Shown: positions 10,362 to 19,246 of the stretch, piece after piece
How the letters are laid out: every line of letters starts with the position of its first letter
How positions within the stretch are numbered: position 1 is the stretch's first letter
Assembly: GCA_964628285.1 (NCBI GenBank)
Contig: CAZVNP010000001.1
Span: 7,456-71,455, forward strand
Source of the DNA: an uncultured Lentimicrobiaceae bacterium
GTDB lineage: Bacteria > Bacteroidota > Bacteroidia > Bacteroidales > JAGONC01
Reading direction: 5' to 3'
DNA length: 64,000 nt
The notes under the pieces: model-generated
What the model was told of the DNA's origin: nothing
The model's input: only the letters and a program-made list of their open reading frames with translations
The model's database searches: none
Made by a program: the position numbers and the translations under genes

Positions 10362-13300
10362 ATGATCCTGAAAATAAAAACCATTTCAAAAATGAAAAAC
10401 ATATTCCGTCATCTGGTATTGATTTGCTTTTTAGTCTTTATGATGTCGACGCTGAGTTATGCCGACAAGGTACCGGTGCCGTCAAAATATAAACATGCGG
10501 CCCAGTTGAAATCCACCGCCGCCGGGTGTCTGCCGGGTGCCGGCTTTAAGTATCTCGATATCAACAATATCAGAACCCGGATCAACACAGGGGGAGACAT
10601 GTGGTGGAATTTTGAGGTTGCCGACTACGAGATACCGCGCGGATCAGGTAAAATGTCGATGTTCTCCGCATCGCTGTGGATCGGAGGCATTGACATCAAC
10701 GATCAGCTTAAGCTGGCTGCTCTCAGATACCGGCAGGGGCCTGACTTTGGCGGTGGCAATGATTACTGGCCCGGACCCCTGACCGTCGATGGAACTGCGT
10801 CCATTACACCTGAGGAATGTGCCAAATATGACAAATTGTTCCCTATGAAACGGAAAATGGTCGATGATTTCCTGGCCTGGTGGGACAATAAAAGTGACTA
10901 TCCTGACTATACCGTTCCATCGGAGATTCTCGACTGGCCGGCGCACGGTGACGTGTCAAAACATCAAAGCTATTACCTGGCACCTTTTTATGACAGGGAC
11001 CAGGATGGTACCTATGATCCTTACCAGGGTGACTATCCCTACTATGATATATCCAATGCGCTGTGCAAAAGCGAAATACCCACACCGGAAGGTAACGGCA
11101 TCCTCGCCGACCAGGTCATTAAAGGCGACATGACCCTGTGGTGGGTCTTCAATGACAAAGGTAACCTGCATACCGAAACCGAAGGTAATCCCATCGGTCT
11201 GGAGATACGTGGTCAGGCCTTCGGTTTTTCAACCAACGACGTGGTCAATAACATGACCTTTTACAGCTATGAAATCATCAACCGTTCAACCTTTGTGCTG
11301 AGAGATACTTACTTCAGCCAGTGGGTTGACCCCGACCTTGGGTATTCTCATGATGACTATGTGGGCTGTGATGTCTCCAGAGGATTGGGTTATTGTTACA
11401 ACGGCCGTGCTGTCGACGGCACGGGCCAGGTGTGGGCTTACGGAGCCCAGCCCCCTGCAGTCGGTGTCGACTTCTTCCAGGGTCCTTACATGGATCCCGA
11501 CGGCCGCGACAATCCGAAATTCACCGGTGATTGCTCCATCGTTAAAAGCCCCGATACACTCGATCAAATGGCCATCAACGGCGTCAACTTTGGCGACGGC
11601 ATCGTCGATAATGAACGGTTCGGCATGCGACGCTTCGTCTATCATAACAATTCCGGTGTGGCCGATTATATGACCGACCCTGATTATGCGCCCCAGTATT
11701 ATAATTTTCTGAGAGGCATATGGAAAGACGGCACCAAGATGGAATATGGCGGTAATGCACATCGGACAGCAGGAGCCTATGGTCCTGAATGTGATTTTAT
11801 GTTCCCCGGTGACTCCGACCCTTGCTTCTGGGGTACCAAAGGCAATCCACCTAACGGCCCTGTTTACTGGACCGAGGAGACAGCCCATAACGTTCCTTTT
11901 GACAGGCGTTTCATGGAGTCTGCGGGACCGTTCCGTCTGGAACCGGGTGCCGTCAATTACATCACCGTAGGTATTCCCTGGGCCCGCGCAGCTTCCGGAG
12001 GTCCCTGGGCCTCGGTGGAACTGCTCCGCGTGGTGGATGATGTGTGCCAGTCCCTGTTCGATAATTGCTTCCAGGTAGTCAGCGGCCCTAATGCCCCTGA
12101 CCTGACCATCAAGGAATATGATAAAACATTGATCTTTTACATCACTAACCGCAAGACCAATGATGCAGGCAATAATTTTAATGAGTCCTATGTGGAAATT
12201 GACCCGAACATCAAAAGCCCCGACACCCTGCCTCCGGGTCATCGTTATGATTCAACTTATAAGTTTGAAGGTTATCAGGTTTTTCAATTGTTGAATGCCG
12301 ATGTCTCCGTGGCCGATATCCGTGATCCGGCACTGGCCCGTCAGGTCTTCCAGTGTGATATTAAAAATGGCGTGGCTCAGCTGGTTAATTATACATATGA
12401 CCAGGCTATTGGCGGAAACGTGCCCACCGAAGAGGTCAATGGCGCCGATAAAGGGATCACGCACTCCTTCGTGTTGACACAGGATGCCTTCACGGGAGAA
12501 GCCTTAGTCAATCACAAACAGTATTATTACCTCGCACTGGCTTACGGCTATAATAATTATAAAACCTATTCACAGGATCCTGGTTCACAAAATGAAGTGA
12601 TGGGTCTTGACGGTCAGAAACAACCTTACCTGGCAGGGCGTAAAAACATCAGGTTATATACGGCCATACCTCATATCACCGTCGGCTTGACGCAGGCCAA
12701 CTCCAGTTATGGCGATATTCCCAAAATCACACGACTGGCCGGTCAGGGTAACGGCGGCAATGAGCTGATCATGACCCAGGCAAGCATCGACAAGATACTC
12801 GGACAACCACCTCTCGACGTGACCGATACCTTGAGCCCCAACATTTACGGGACATCGGACTATCCTATTGACTATAATCCGGAATATGAGGCCGGATCAG
12901 GTCCTGTCCAGGTCCGCGTGGTCGATCCCCTGAATGTTAAAAGCAGCACATATACTCTGTTGTTTGATTCACTTAAACTTCAGAAGTTTTATCACATCAG
13001 CGGCGATCCCAGTCTGGCCGGTGATACCGCAAGTAAATGGAAAACCACCTGGAAATTGATCGATCAGTCAACAGGAAAAGTCTATCCCTCCGATACGATC
13101 ATCACTTATACCAATGAACAGCTCTTCCTCGACCTGGGACTTTCCGTTACCATCAAGCAGGTTTATTTTCCGGGCACTTATAAAATAGGTGAAACGACCA
13201 GCGGCACCACCACCACATCCGTTTATTATCCGCTGGAAACCAACAATGGTTTGCTGGAAGCTACCATCAGTTATGCTGACAGTTCGCAGCGCTGGCTGGG

Positions 13301-14699
13301 CGGCGTATCTGATGATGATAATCCCGATGCTTCAAACTGGATCCGTTCGGGCAATTTTACCGACCCGGATAACTCGGCATATAATGACTGGAATTTGTCG
13401 ATTGGTGGCAGCGGCACCCCGACGGGGCAGGCTTATGACCCGGATGGCAATTTCGAAACGATCCTCAACGGCACCTGGGCTCCTTACAACCTGTGTGCCG
13501 ATAATGCGCAGAATACGGCAGGACCGGTCTATGGCGCCAACAATCACCGGTCAAAGCTGTTCATGAGAATGTCCGATCTGGCCAGTGTCCAGATTGTCAT
13601 CACATCGGATAAAACCAAATGGACCCGTTCACCGGTCATTGAAATGTGTCCCGATCCCACCCTGTCGGAAGGCCATGTCGGACAGTTCAATATCAGGGCC
13701 GGGCAATCCGTCGATAAGGATGGCAACCCCGCGCCGGTAGGCAGTGAAGCCAGCAACAATCCCGATGATCCCGCTTATATCAATCCCACAGGCATGGGTT
13801 GGTTCCCGGGTTATGCCATCAGCCTTGAGACAGGTGAACGGCTGAATATTGCCTTCAGCGAGGATTCATGGCTCGTCGGTGACAATGGTCGCGATATGTT
13901 GTGGAATCCCACCTCACGGTTATATGACCTGACCGACCCGACAAATCCGATAGCCATTTTCGGGGGTAAGCATTATGTATACATTTTTGCTCACACTGTG
14001 AACAAATATGCGGGCGATACGACGGCTTTCGGCCGTACCTATGATATGCCGGCTTATGACGCCGGCCGGCAACTGCGCGAGCAAATACCAATTACGACAT
14101 TGAATAAAAGGGACGTTATCTACTCAAGCTGTATGTGGGTTAATATACCGTTGGCTATTGAAGGGCAACCCTGGCTGTCGAACGACGTGACCATCAGGAT
14201 ATGGGTGGCCAAACCCTATTATAGCTATTTCTCCACACCCCTGAAAGATACCATATGGATGCCTGATTCGAGTCGCTACCCACTCCCAGATGCGATCAAA
14301 TACAATCATTTCAATCCCGCCTATTCATTCAGCACCGAAGGCTTGGCCACAACAACCAATAATGTTGAGAAGGCTAAAAGCGAACTTGACCTGATCAATG
14401 TGGTGCCTAATCCTTATTATGGTTATGCATCATATGAAACCAGCCAGCTCGATAACCGGATCAAGATTGTCAATTTACCGCAGAAGTGCTCGATATCTAT
14501 ATATAATATGAGCGGTACGCTGGTAAGGCACTTTACCAAGGATGACCCGGTCACCTCCATCGATTGGGATCTGAAGAACAGTGCAGGGATACCCATCGCC
14601 GGAGGCATTTATCTGATCTATGTCAAGGCTGATGGCATTGGCGAAAGGGTGATCAAATGGTTTGCCTCGCTGAGGAAACCCGACTTCACCGCTTTCTGA
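10362..14699 (+). CDS. 1445-aa secreted protein of unknown function with a T9SS type-A C-terminal sorting domain
   Basis: Signal peptide MKNIFRHLVLICFLVFMMSTLSYA, with an alternative start at 10392. The C-terminus matches a Por secretion tail (INVVPNPYYG..IKIVNLPQKCSISIYNMSGTLV..WDLKNSAGIPIAGGIYLIYVKADG..RVIK). It starts 8 nt after the receptor stop. I recognise no catalytic motif. Confidence 0.85.
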   Translation: MILKIKTISKMKNIFRHLVLICFLVFMMSTLSYADKVPVPSKYKHAAQLKSTAAGCLPGAGFKYLDINNIRTRINTGGDMWWNFEVADYEIPRGSGKMSMFSASLWIGGIDINDQLKLAALRYRQGPDFGGGNDYWPGPLTVDGTASITPEECAKYDKLFPMKRKMVDDFLAWWDNKSDYPDYTVPSEILDWPAHGDVSKHQSYYLAPFYDRDQDGTYDPYQGDYPYYDISNALCKSEIPTPEGNGILADQVIKGDMTLWWVFNDKGNLHTETEGNPIGLEIRGQAFGFSTNDVVNNMTFYSYEIINRSTFVLRDTYFSQWVDPDLGYSHDDYVGCDVSRGLGYCYNGRAVDGTGQVWAYGAQPPAVGVDFFQGPYMDPDGRDNPKFTGDCSIVKSPDTLDQMAINGVNFGDGIVDNERFGMRRFVYHNNSGVADYMTDPDYAPQYYNFLRGIWKDGTKMEYGGNAHRTAGAYGPECDFMFPGDSDPCFWGTKGNPPNGPVYWTEETAHNVPFDRRFMESAGPFRLEPGAVNYITVGIPWARAASGGPWASVELLRVVDDVCQSLFDNCFQVVSGPNAPDLTIKEYDKTLIFYITNRKTNDAGNNFNESYVEIDPNIKSPDTLPPGHRYDSTYKFEGYQVFQLLNADVSVADIRDPALARQVFQCDIKNGVAQLVNYTYDQAIGGNVPTEEVNGADKGITHSFVLTQDAFTGEALVNHKQYYYLALAYGYNNYKTYSQDPGSQNEVMGLDGQKQPYLAGRKNIRLYTAIPHITVGLTQANSSYGDIPKITRLAGQGNGGNELIMTQASIDKILGQPPLDVTDTLSPNIYGTSDYPIDYNPEYEAGSGPVQVRVVDPLNVKSSTYTLLFDSLKLQKFYHISGDPSLAGDTASKWKTTWKLIDQSTGKVYPSDTIITYTNEQLFLDLGLSVTIKQVYFPGTYKIGETTSGTTTTSVYYPLETNNGLLEATISYADSSQRWLGGVSDDDNPDASNWIRSGNFTDPDNSAYNDWNLSIGGSGTPTGQAYDPDGNFETILNGTWAPYNLCADNAQNTAGPVYGANNHRSKLFMRMSDLASVQIVITSDKTKWTRSPVIEMCPDPTLSEGHVGQFNIRAGQSVDKDGNPAPVGSEASNNPDDPAYINPTGMGWFPGYAISLETGERLNIAFSEDSWLVGDNGRDMLWNPTSRLYDLTDPTNPIAIFGGKHYVYIFAHTVNKYAGDTTAFGRTYDMPAYDAGRQLREQIPITTLNKRDVIYSSCMWVNIPLAIEGQPWLSNDVTIRIWVAKPYYSYFSTPLKDTIWMPDSSRYPLPDAIKYNHFNPAYSFSTEGLATTTNNVEKAKSELDLINVVPNPYYGYASYETSQLDNRIKIVNLPQKCSISIYNMSGTLVRHFTKDDPVTSIDWDLKNSAGIPIAGGIYLIYVKADGIGERVIKWFASLRKPDFTAF

Positions 14700-14752
14700 T
14701 ATCATGAAAAAGGATAAATCAAAATCAAAAAAAATATTTAATCCTGCGTACA

Positions 14753-15814
14753 ATGAAAAGTTCTGTTAAATACCCTGTTGTCATACTGTTGATAGGATTG
14801 TTAACGTTGACCGGTTTCACGTTAAATGCCGGCAACAAAGACCGGTCCGGAGAGGCAGGTGCATCTGAACTGTTGATCAATCCGTGGGCACGGAGTTCGG
14901 GATGGGGCAACGTTAATACAGCTAATGTCACCGGTGTGGAAGCCATGTTCATCAACATTGCCGGCTCGGCATTCACCAGGCGCACCGAGATCGTTTTTAA
15001 CCATACGACCTATCTGAAGGGAGCCGATGTGGGCATGTTCGCCTTCGGAGTAAACCAAAAAGTCGGTGAATCGGGTGTAATAGGTTTGGCAGTCACCTCC
15101 ATGTCATTTGGTGATATCCCGGTGACAACCACCGACCTGCCCGAGGGCGGTATAGGAACCTTCTCACCCAGTTTGCTGAACATTTCGTTTTCCTATGCCC
15201 GAGTGTTCTCGAACAGTATTTACGGCGGAATACAGGTCAAGCTGATATCGGAAAGTATTCCTGATATGTCGGCACAGGGCATCGCCCTGGATGCGGGTAT
15301 ACAATATGTGACAGGTGAAACGGATAATGTGCACTTTGGGATTACACTGAGGAACTGGGGCCCCACAATGAAATTCTCCGGTGACGGATTGTCCTTCCGG
15401 ACACTCCTGTCGGGCCAACAGAGCCAGTTCACTCTCGAACAAAGGGCTGCCAGCTATCAGCTGCCGTCACAGCTCAATATCGGAGCCGCTTACGATATCA
15501 ATTTTGCAGGCGATTACAGGTTGACATTTGCCGGTAACTTCTCATCGAATGCTTTTACCAAAGACCAGGTGATGCTGGGATTGGAGTTCTCACTCAAATC
15601 GTATCTGATGCTGCGGGGAGCATACACTTATGAAGAGGGCATCACCAAAGATCCTCCCGATAGGACGACGTGGCTGACGGGACCCAGCGGCGGCATCACC
15701 GTTCAGATACCCTTCAATAAAGAAAAAGGCTCCAGCTTCGCGGTTGACTATTCCTTTACCGCCACCGATCCTTTTGAAGGTATACACCGCATCGGGGCAC
15801 GTATCAACTTTTAA
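14753..15814 (+). CDS. PorV/PorQ-family outer-membrane beta-barrel
   Basis: Signal peptide, then the family-typical N-terminal segment (GEAGASELLINPWARSSGWGNVNTA..VEAMFINIAG). The rest has an alternating beta-strand pattern and ends in ARINF. Confidence 0.75.
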   Translation: MKSSVKYPVVILLIGLLTLTGFTLNAGNKDRSGEAGASELLINPWARSSGWGNVNTANVTGVEAMFINIAGSAFTRRTEIVFNHTTYLKGADVGMFAFGVNQKVGESGVIGLAVTSMSFGDIPVTTTDLPEGGIGTFSPSLLNISFSYARVFSNSIYGGIQVKLISESIPDMSAQGIALDAGIQYVTGETDNVHFGITLRNWGPTMKFSGDGLSFRTLLSGQQSQFTLEQRAASYQLPSQLNIGAAYDINFAGDYRLTFAGNFSSNAFTKDQVMLGLEFSLKSYLMLRGAYTYEEGITKDPPDRTTWLTGPSGGITVQIPFNKEKGSSFAVDYSFTATDPFEGIHRIGARINF

Positions 15815-15855
15815 AAAAAGCATACCTGCTATCGGGTAATGTTTTCCGAATATTT

Positions 15856-15885
15856 AAAAAGACCCTGTCAAGGGTCTTTTTGTTT
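15856..15885 (+). terminator. Rho-independent terminator closing the receptor-cargo-PorV unit
   Basis: AAAAAGACCCT (15856-15866), loop GTCA, then AGGGTCTTTTT (15871-15881), followed by GTTT. The stem is perfect at 11 bp. Confidence 0.7.
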
Positions 15886-15887
15886 CT

Positions 15888-15895
15888 TATCTTTG
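15888..15895 (+). promoter_or_regulatory. Bacteroidota -7 promoter box (TAnnTTTG) for greA
   Basis: TATCTTTG is an exact match to the consensus and lies 23 nt upstream of the greA ATG. Confidence 0.45.
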
Positions 15896-15918
15896 TAATA
15901 AATCTTACCTGATTAAAA

Positions 15919-16392
15919 ATGGCTGGAATAAAGTATTATACACAGGAAGGCTTGCAGAAATTAAGGGATGAGATGGATCATATGGTATCTGTTGAAAGAC
16001 CTTATATTTCAAAGCTTATCGCTGAAGCCAGAGATAAAGGTGATCTGAGTGAAAACGCCGAATACGATGCGGCAAAAAATGCACAGGAAATGCTGGAGAT
16101 GAAAATAGCCAAACTGAAAGATGATATCCTGAATGCCCGCGTCATCGATGAATCGAAGATGGATGACTCAAAGGTCCTTATTCTTTCCACCATCAAACTG
16201 AAGAACCTGAAGAATAATTCCATGTTCACCTATACGCTTGTCCCGGAAAATGAAGCGGATGTGAAGCAATATAAAATCTCAGTCAATTCTCCCATCGCCA
16301 AGGGATTGTTGGGAAAGTCGGTCGGCGAGGTCGTGGAGATTGAGGTTCCGGCAGGCAAGATACTTCTCGAGATCATGGAGATCACACGATGA
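15919..16392 (+). CDS. greA: Transcription elongation factor GreA
   Basis: 157 aa. It has the N-terminal coiled-coil (DLSENAEYDAAK) and a C-terminal FKBP-like domain (ISVNSPIAKGLLGKSVGEVVEIEVP). Confidence 0.95.
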   Translation: MAGIKYYTQEGLQKLRDEMDHMVSVERPYISKLIAEARDKGDLSENAEYDAAKNAQEMLEMKIAKLKDDILNARVIDESKMDDSKVLILSTIKLKNLKNNSMFTYTLVPENEADVKQYKISVNSPIAKGLLGKSVGEVVEIEVPAGKILLEIMEITR

Positions 16393-16431
16393 CCTGCCCT
16401 GAATCCAAGATAAACCTTTAAACGAACACTT

Positions 16432-16833
16432 ATGGCAACGATTTTTTCAAAGATCATAAAGGGCGAAATCCCCGCCTATAAAGTGGCCGAGGATGATCAT
16501 TTTTTTGCCTTCCTTGATATCCATCCGTTATCGACAGGTCATACCCTTGTGGTGACCAAAAAGGAGGTGGATTATGTTTTTGACCTCGACGACAAGCTTT
16601 ATGTTCGTCTGTTTCAGTTTTGCAGGAAACTGGGCCGCGCCATTGAAAAGTCCGTCGAGTGCAAAAGAATAGGAATGGCCATGGTGGGGCTGGAGATTCC
16701 CCATGCACACATCCATTTGATACCCCTGAATTCCATGGATGACATGGATTTTAAACGCCCGCCCCTGCAATTATCGGAAGAGGAATTTACCGCCCTCTCC
16801 GGCCGCATCGCCCAGGCGTTCAGTCATTTCTAA
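16432..16833 (+). CDS. HIT-family (histidine triad) nucleotide hydrolase
   Basis: 133 aa. IFSKIIKGEIPAYKV at the N-terminus and the histidine triad HAHIHLIP. Confidence 0.9.
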   Translation: MATIFSKIIKGEIPAYKVAEDDHFFAFLDIHPLSTGHTLVVTKKEVDYVFDLDDKLYVRLFQFCRKLGRAIEKSVECKRIGMAMVGLEIPHAHIHLIPLNSMDDMDFKRPPLQLSEEEFTALSGRIAQAFSHF

Positions 16834-16848
16834 GGCCTGCCGCCTGCA

Positions 16849-18750
16849 TTAATAGGCACGGACATTACGTCCTTCGATGTAATTGATAAAGGCCGTATTC
16901 ACCACCTTGTTGCCCCCGGGAGTAGGATAATCACCGGTAAAATACCAGTCACCAAGATGATTGGGACACGACTCATGCAGGTCCTCAATGGTCTGGTAGA
17001 TGATCTGTATCGCCGCATTCAGCCCAGGTGTGGTCAACATCTGTGATATTTTCCCTGCGATCTGTTCATTGGTGAAAGGTTGGTAGATCTCTTTGACATA
17101 ATTGATGATTTTTTCCTTGGGCCACTTCTCCTGCGCCTTCGATTTTTTATATACCGTATTGATGATGCTGGTCATCTGGTTTTCCTTCAGAAGTTCAATG
17201 GCGGCATTAAAAGCGATGAAATCGCTGATCTTGGCCATATCGATGCCGTAGCAGTCGGGATAGCGTATCTGAGGTGCCGAGGAAGCCACTATGATTTTCT
17301 TCGGGCCCAGACGGTCGAGGATACGTATGATGCTTTGTTTCAGGGTGGTGCCCCGGACAATGGAATCATCGATGACCACCAGGTTATCGATGTTTTTACG
17401 GACGGTTCCGTAAGTGATGTCATAAATATGAGTCACCAGGTCATCCCTGCGCTGATCCTGAGCAATGAATGTCCGTAATTTGATATCCTTTACGGCCACC
17501 TTCTCGATGCGCGGACCAAATCTGAGGATATGGTCCAGCTCCTCATCCGTCATGGCACCATCCAGGTGCAGGATCTGTTCTTTTTTGATGCGGTTGCAAA
17601 ACAGTGTAAGCTCCTCAATCAATCCAAGAAAGGCATCAATGGCGGTATTGGGTATATAGGAAAATACGGTGTTCTCCAGATCATAATCAATGGCTTTCAG
17701 GATCGAAGGACAAAGGGCTTTACCCAGTTTTTTCCTTTCCCGGTAAATATCGATATCCGTACCCCTTGAAAAATAAATCCTTTCGAAGGAGCAGGATAAC
17801 TTTTTCGTGGGGCGTTTGCATTCGTATTGACCGATATCTCCATTTTTTTTAATGATCAGGGCATGGCCGGGTTTGATCTCGATAATTTTTTCAAAGGGGA
17901 CATTGAAAGCGGTCTGTATGGCAGGACGCTCCGACGTGGCCACCACCACTTCCTCGTCGTGGTAATAAAAAGCCGGTCTGATGCCTGAAGGATCCCTCAG
18001 CACAAAGGAGTCACCATGGCCAAACATGCCGGCGATGACATAACCACCGTCCCAGGATACGGAAGCATTTCTCAGTATTTTCTGTATGTCGAGGTGCTCG
18101 GCTATCTGTTCCGTACTTTCCTTTTTGCTGTAACCCTCTTTTTTAAATCTCCTGTACAGACGCTCATTCTCTTCATCAAGGAAATGACCGATATTTTCGA
18201 GTATCGTGATGGTGTCGGAGGTCTCGATGGGATACTGACCATAGCTGATGAGCTTATTGAACAGTTCATCCACATTGGTCAGGTTGAAGTTACCGGCCAG
18301 CACAAGGTTTCGCGTCATCCAGTTGTTATAGCGCTGAACGGGATGAAGGTTTTTTATGGTGTGAGCGCCATAGGTGCCATAACGGAGATGGCCTAGAAAG
18401 ACTTCACCGGTGAATTCAATATTGTATTTCAACCAGTTGATATCCCTGAGACGCTCGGGTGTGCGCTCTGCAATGTCACCTAAGGCATCGAAAATTTTTT
18501 TGAAGATATCATCAACGGCAGAATCGGCGTTCGAACGGATCCGTTCGATGTACTTATTGCCCGGCATCATATTCAGTTTCACACAGGCTATACCGGCACC
18601 ATCCTGACCCCTGTTGCGTTGTTTTTCCATCAACAAATGCAACATGTTGAGGCCATAAAATGAAGTTCCGTATTTTGCCAGGTAAAATTCAAGAGGTTTC
18701 AACAAATGGATCAGGGCGATTCCGCAGTCGTGTCGGACCTGTTCACTCAT
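16849..18750 (-). CDS. purF: Amidophosphoribosyltransferase, long Bacteroidota form (class II glutamine amidotransferase + PRTase)
   Basis: N-terminal ..HDCGIA with a nucleophile Cys, and the PRPP-binding loop VVIDDSIVRGTT. The ORF-track start at 18774 is TTG and lies inside the predicted -7 box, so I use the ATG at 18750. Confidence 0.88.
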   Translation of the reverse strand: MSEQVRHDCGIALIHLLKPLEFYLAKYGTSFYGLNMLHLLMEKQRNRGQDGAGIACVKLNMMPGNKYIERIRSNADSAVDDIFKKIFDALGDIAERTPERLRDINWLKYNIEFTGEVFLGHLRYGTYGAHTIKNLHPVQRYNNWMTRNLVLAGNFNLTNVDELFNKLISYGQYPIETSDTITILENIGHFLDEENERLYRRFKKEGYSKKESTEQIAEHLDIQKILRNASVSWDGGYVIAGMFGHGDSFVLRDPSGIRPAFYYHDEEVVVATSERPAIQTAFNVPFEKIIEIKPGHALIIKKNGDIGQYECKRPTKKLSCSFERIYFSRGTDIDIYRERKKLGKALCPSILKAIDYDLENTVFSYIPNTAIDAFLGLIEELTLFCNRIKKEQILHLDGAMTDEELDHILRFGPRIEKVAVKDIKLRTFIAQDQRRDDLVTHIYDITYGTVRKNIDNLVVIDDSIVRGTTLKQSIIRILDRLGPKKIIVASSAPQIRYPDCYGIDMAKISDFIAFNAAIELLKENQMTSIINTVYKKSKAQEKWPKEKIINYVKEIYQPFTNEQIAGKISQMLTTPGLNAAIQIIYQTIEDLHESCPNHLGDWYFTGDYPTPGGNKVVNTAFINYIEGRNVRAY

Positions 18751-18771
18751 GGATGAGTTAATATTATGCCG

Positions 18772-18779
18772 CAAAGGTA
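18772..18779 (-). promoter_or_regulatory. Bacteroidota -7 promoter box for purF
   Basis: The minus strand reads TACCTTTG, an exact TAnnTTTG, 22 nt upstream of the ATG at 18750. Confidence 0.5.
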
Positions 18780-19083
18780 ATAGAAATATTTGAAAGAGAT
18801 TGGGCTTACTTTTTAGCCCTGACCGACAGAATCCGGCAACTTCCCAAATTATTTAGTATCTCGACCATCAGCCTTTTGATTTATACCTGGCTGAGAGAAA
18901 CGGCGTCGATCTTTCCTTCTCAGGGATACCCATCACGGCCAGATATGGCCGCTGACCTACGTGACAAAGGCCCTGTATGAATTGCTCTGAGGGTATGAAA
19001 AACGCGGCAACACCCATTATTATGTATCCTGCGGCGCCGGAACGTGGGGCCCCCTGAGGGTGGGGAACAGGCCGGAGATCATT

Positions 19084-19114
19084 GATATCAGATTAACGAT
19101 ATCTGATATTTGAT
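19084..19114 (+). repeat. 31-nt palindromic element, copy 1
   Basis: GATATCAGATTAACGATATCTGATATTTGAT. The 9-bp arms ATATCAGAT/ATCTGATAT are separated by 7 nt and followed by TTTGAT. It matches the reverse complement of 21743-21773 at 29/31 positions. Confidence 0.75.
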
Positions 19115-19246
19115 TGTTGATTTCGTCGCTGGGAATATGCGCAGATCGGGCTGTTTAAAGGTGTTATGCCGGGGATGAACATTATTGAAAGTTTATTTGT
19201 TATAAAATGCAGTCAAACCTATTTAATAACTAATAACCTTAAAATT

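Noticed and set aside
11286-12242. 318-aa ORF antisense to the 1445-aa T9SS cargo gene
   Set aside because: It lies entirely within a much longer ORF that is supported by a signal peptide and a CTD. The translation is low-complexity and G/R/A/H-rich, with no motifs. This is a typical shadow ORF. The same applies to antisense or out-of-frame ORFs at 511-999, 6925-7509, 20772-21350, 29790-30326, 36840-37328 and 49780-50283.
18528-18550. Nested palindromes CGTTCGAACG / GAACGGATCCGTTC containing a GTTCGAA string, reminiscent of a tRNA T-arm
   Set aside because: It lies inside purF, where it encodes ..IERIRSNAD.. in frame. No acceptor or anticodon arms can be drawn around it. I treat it as a coincidental coding palindrome.
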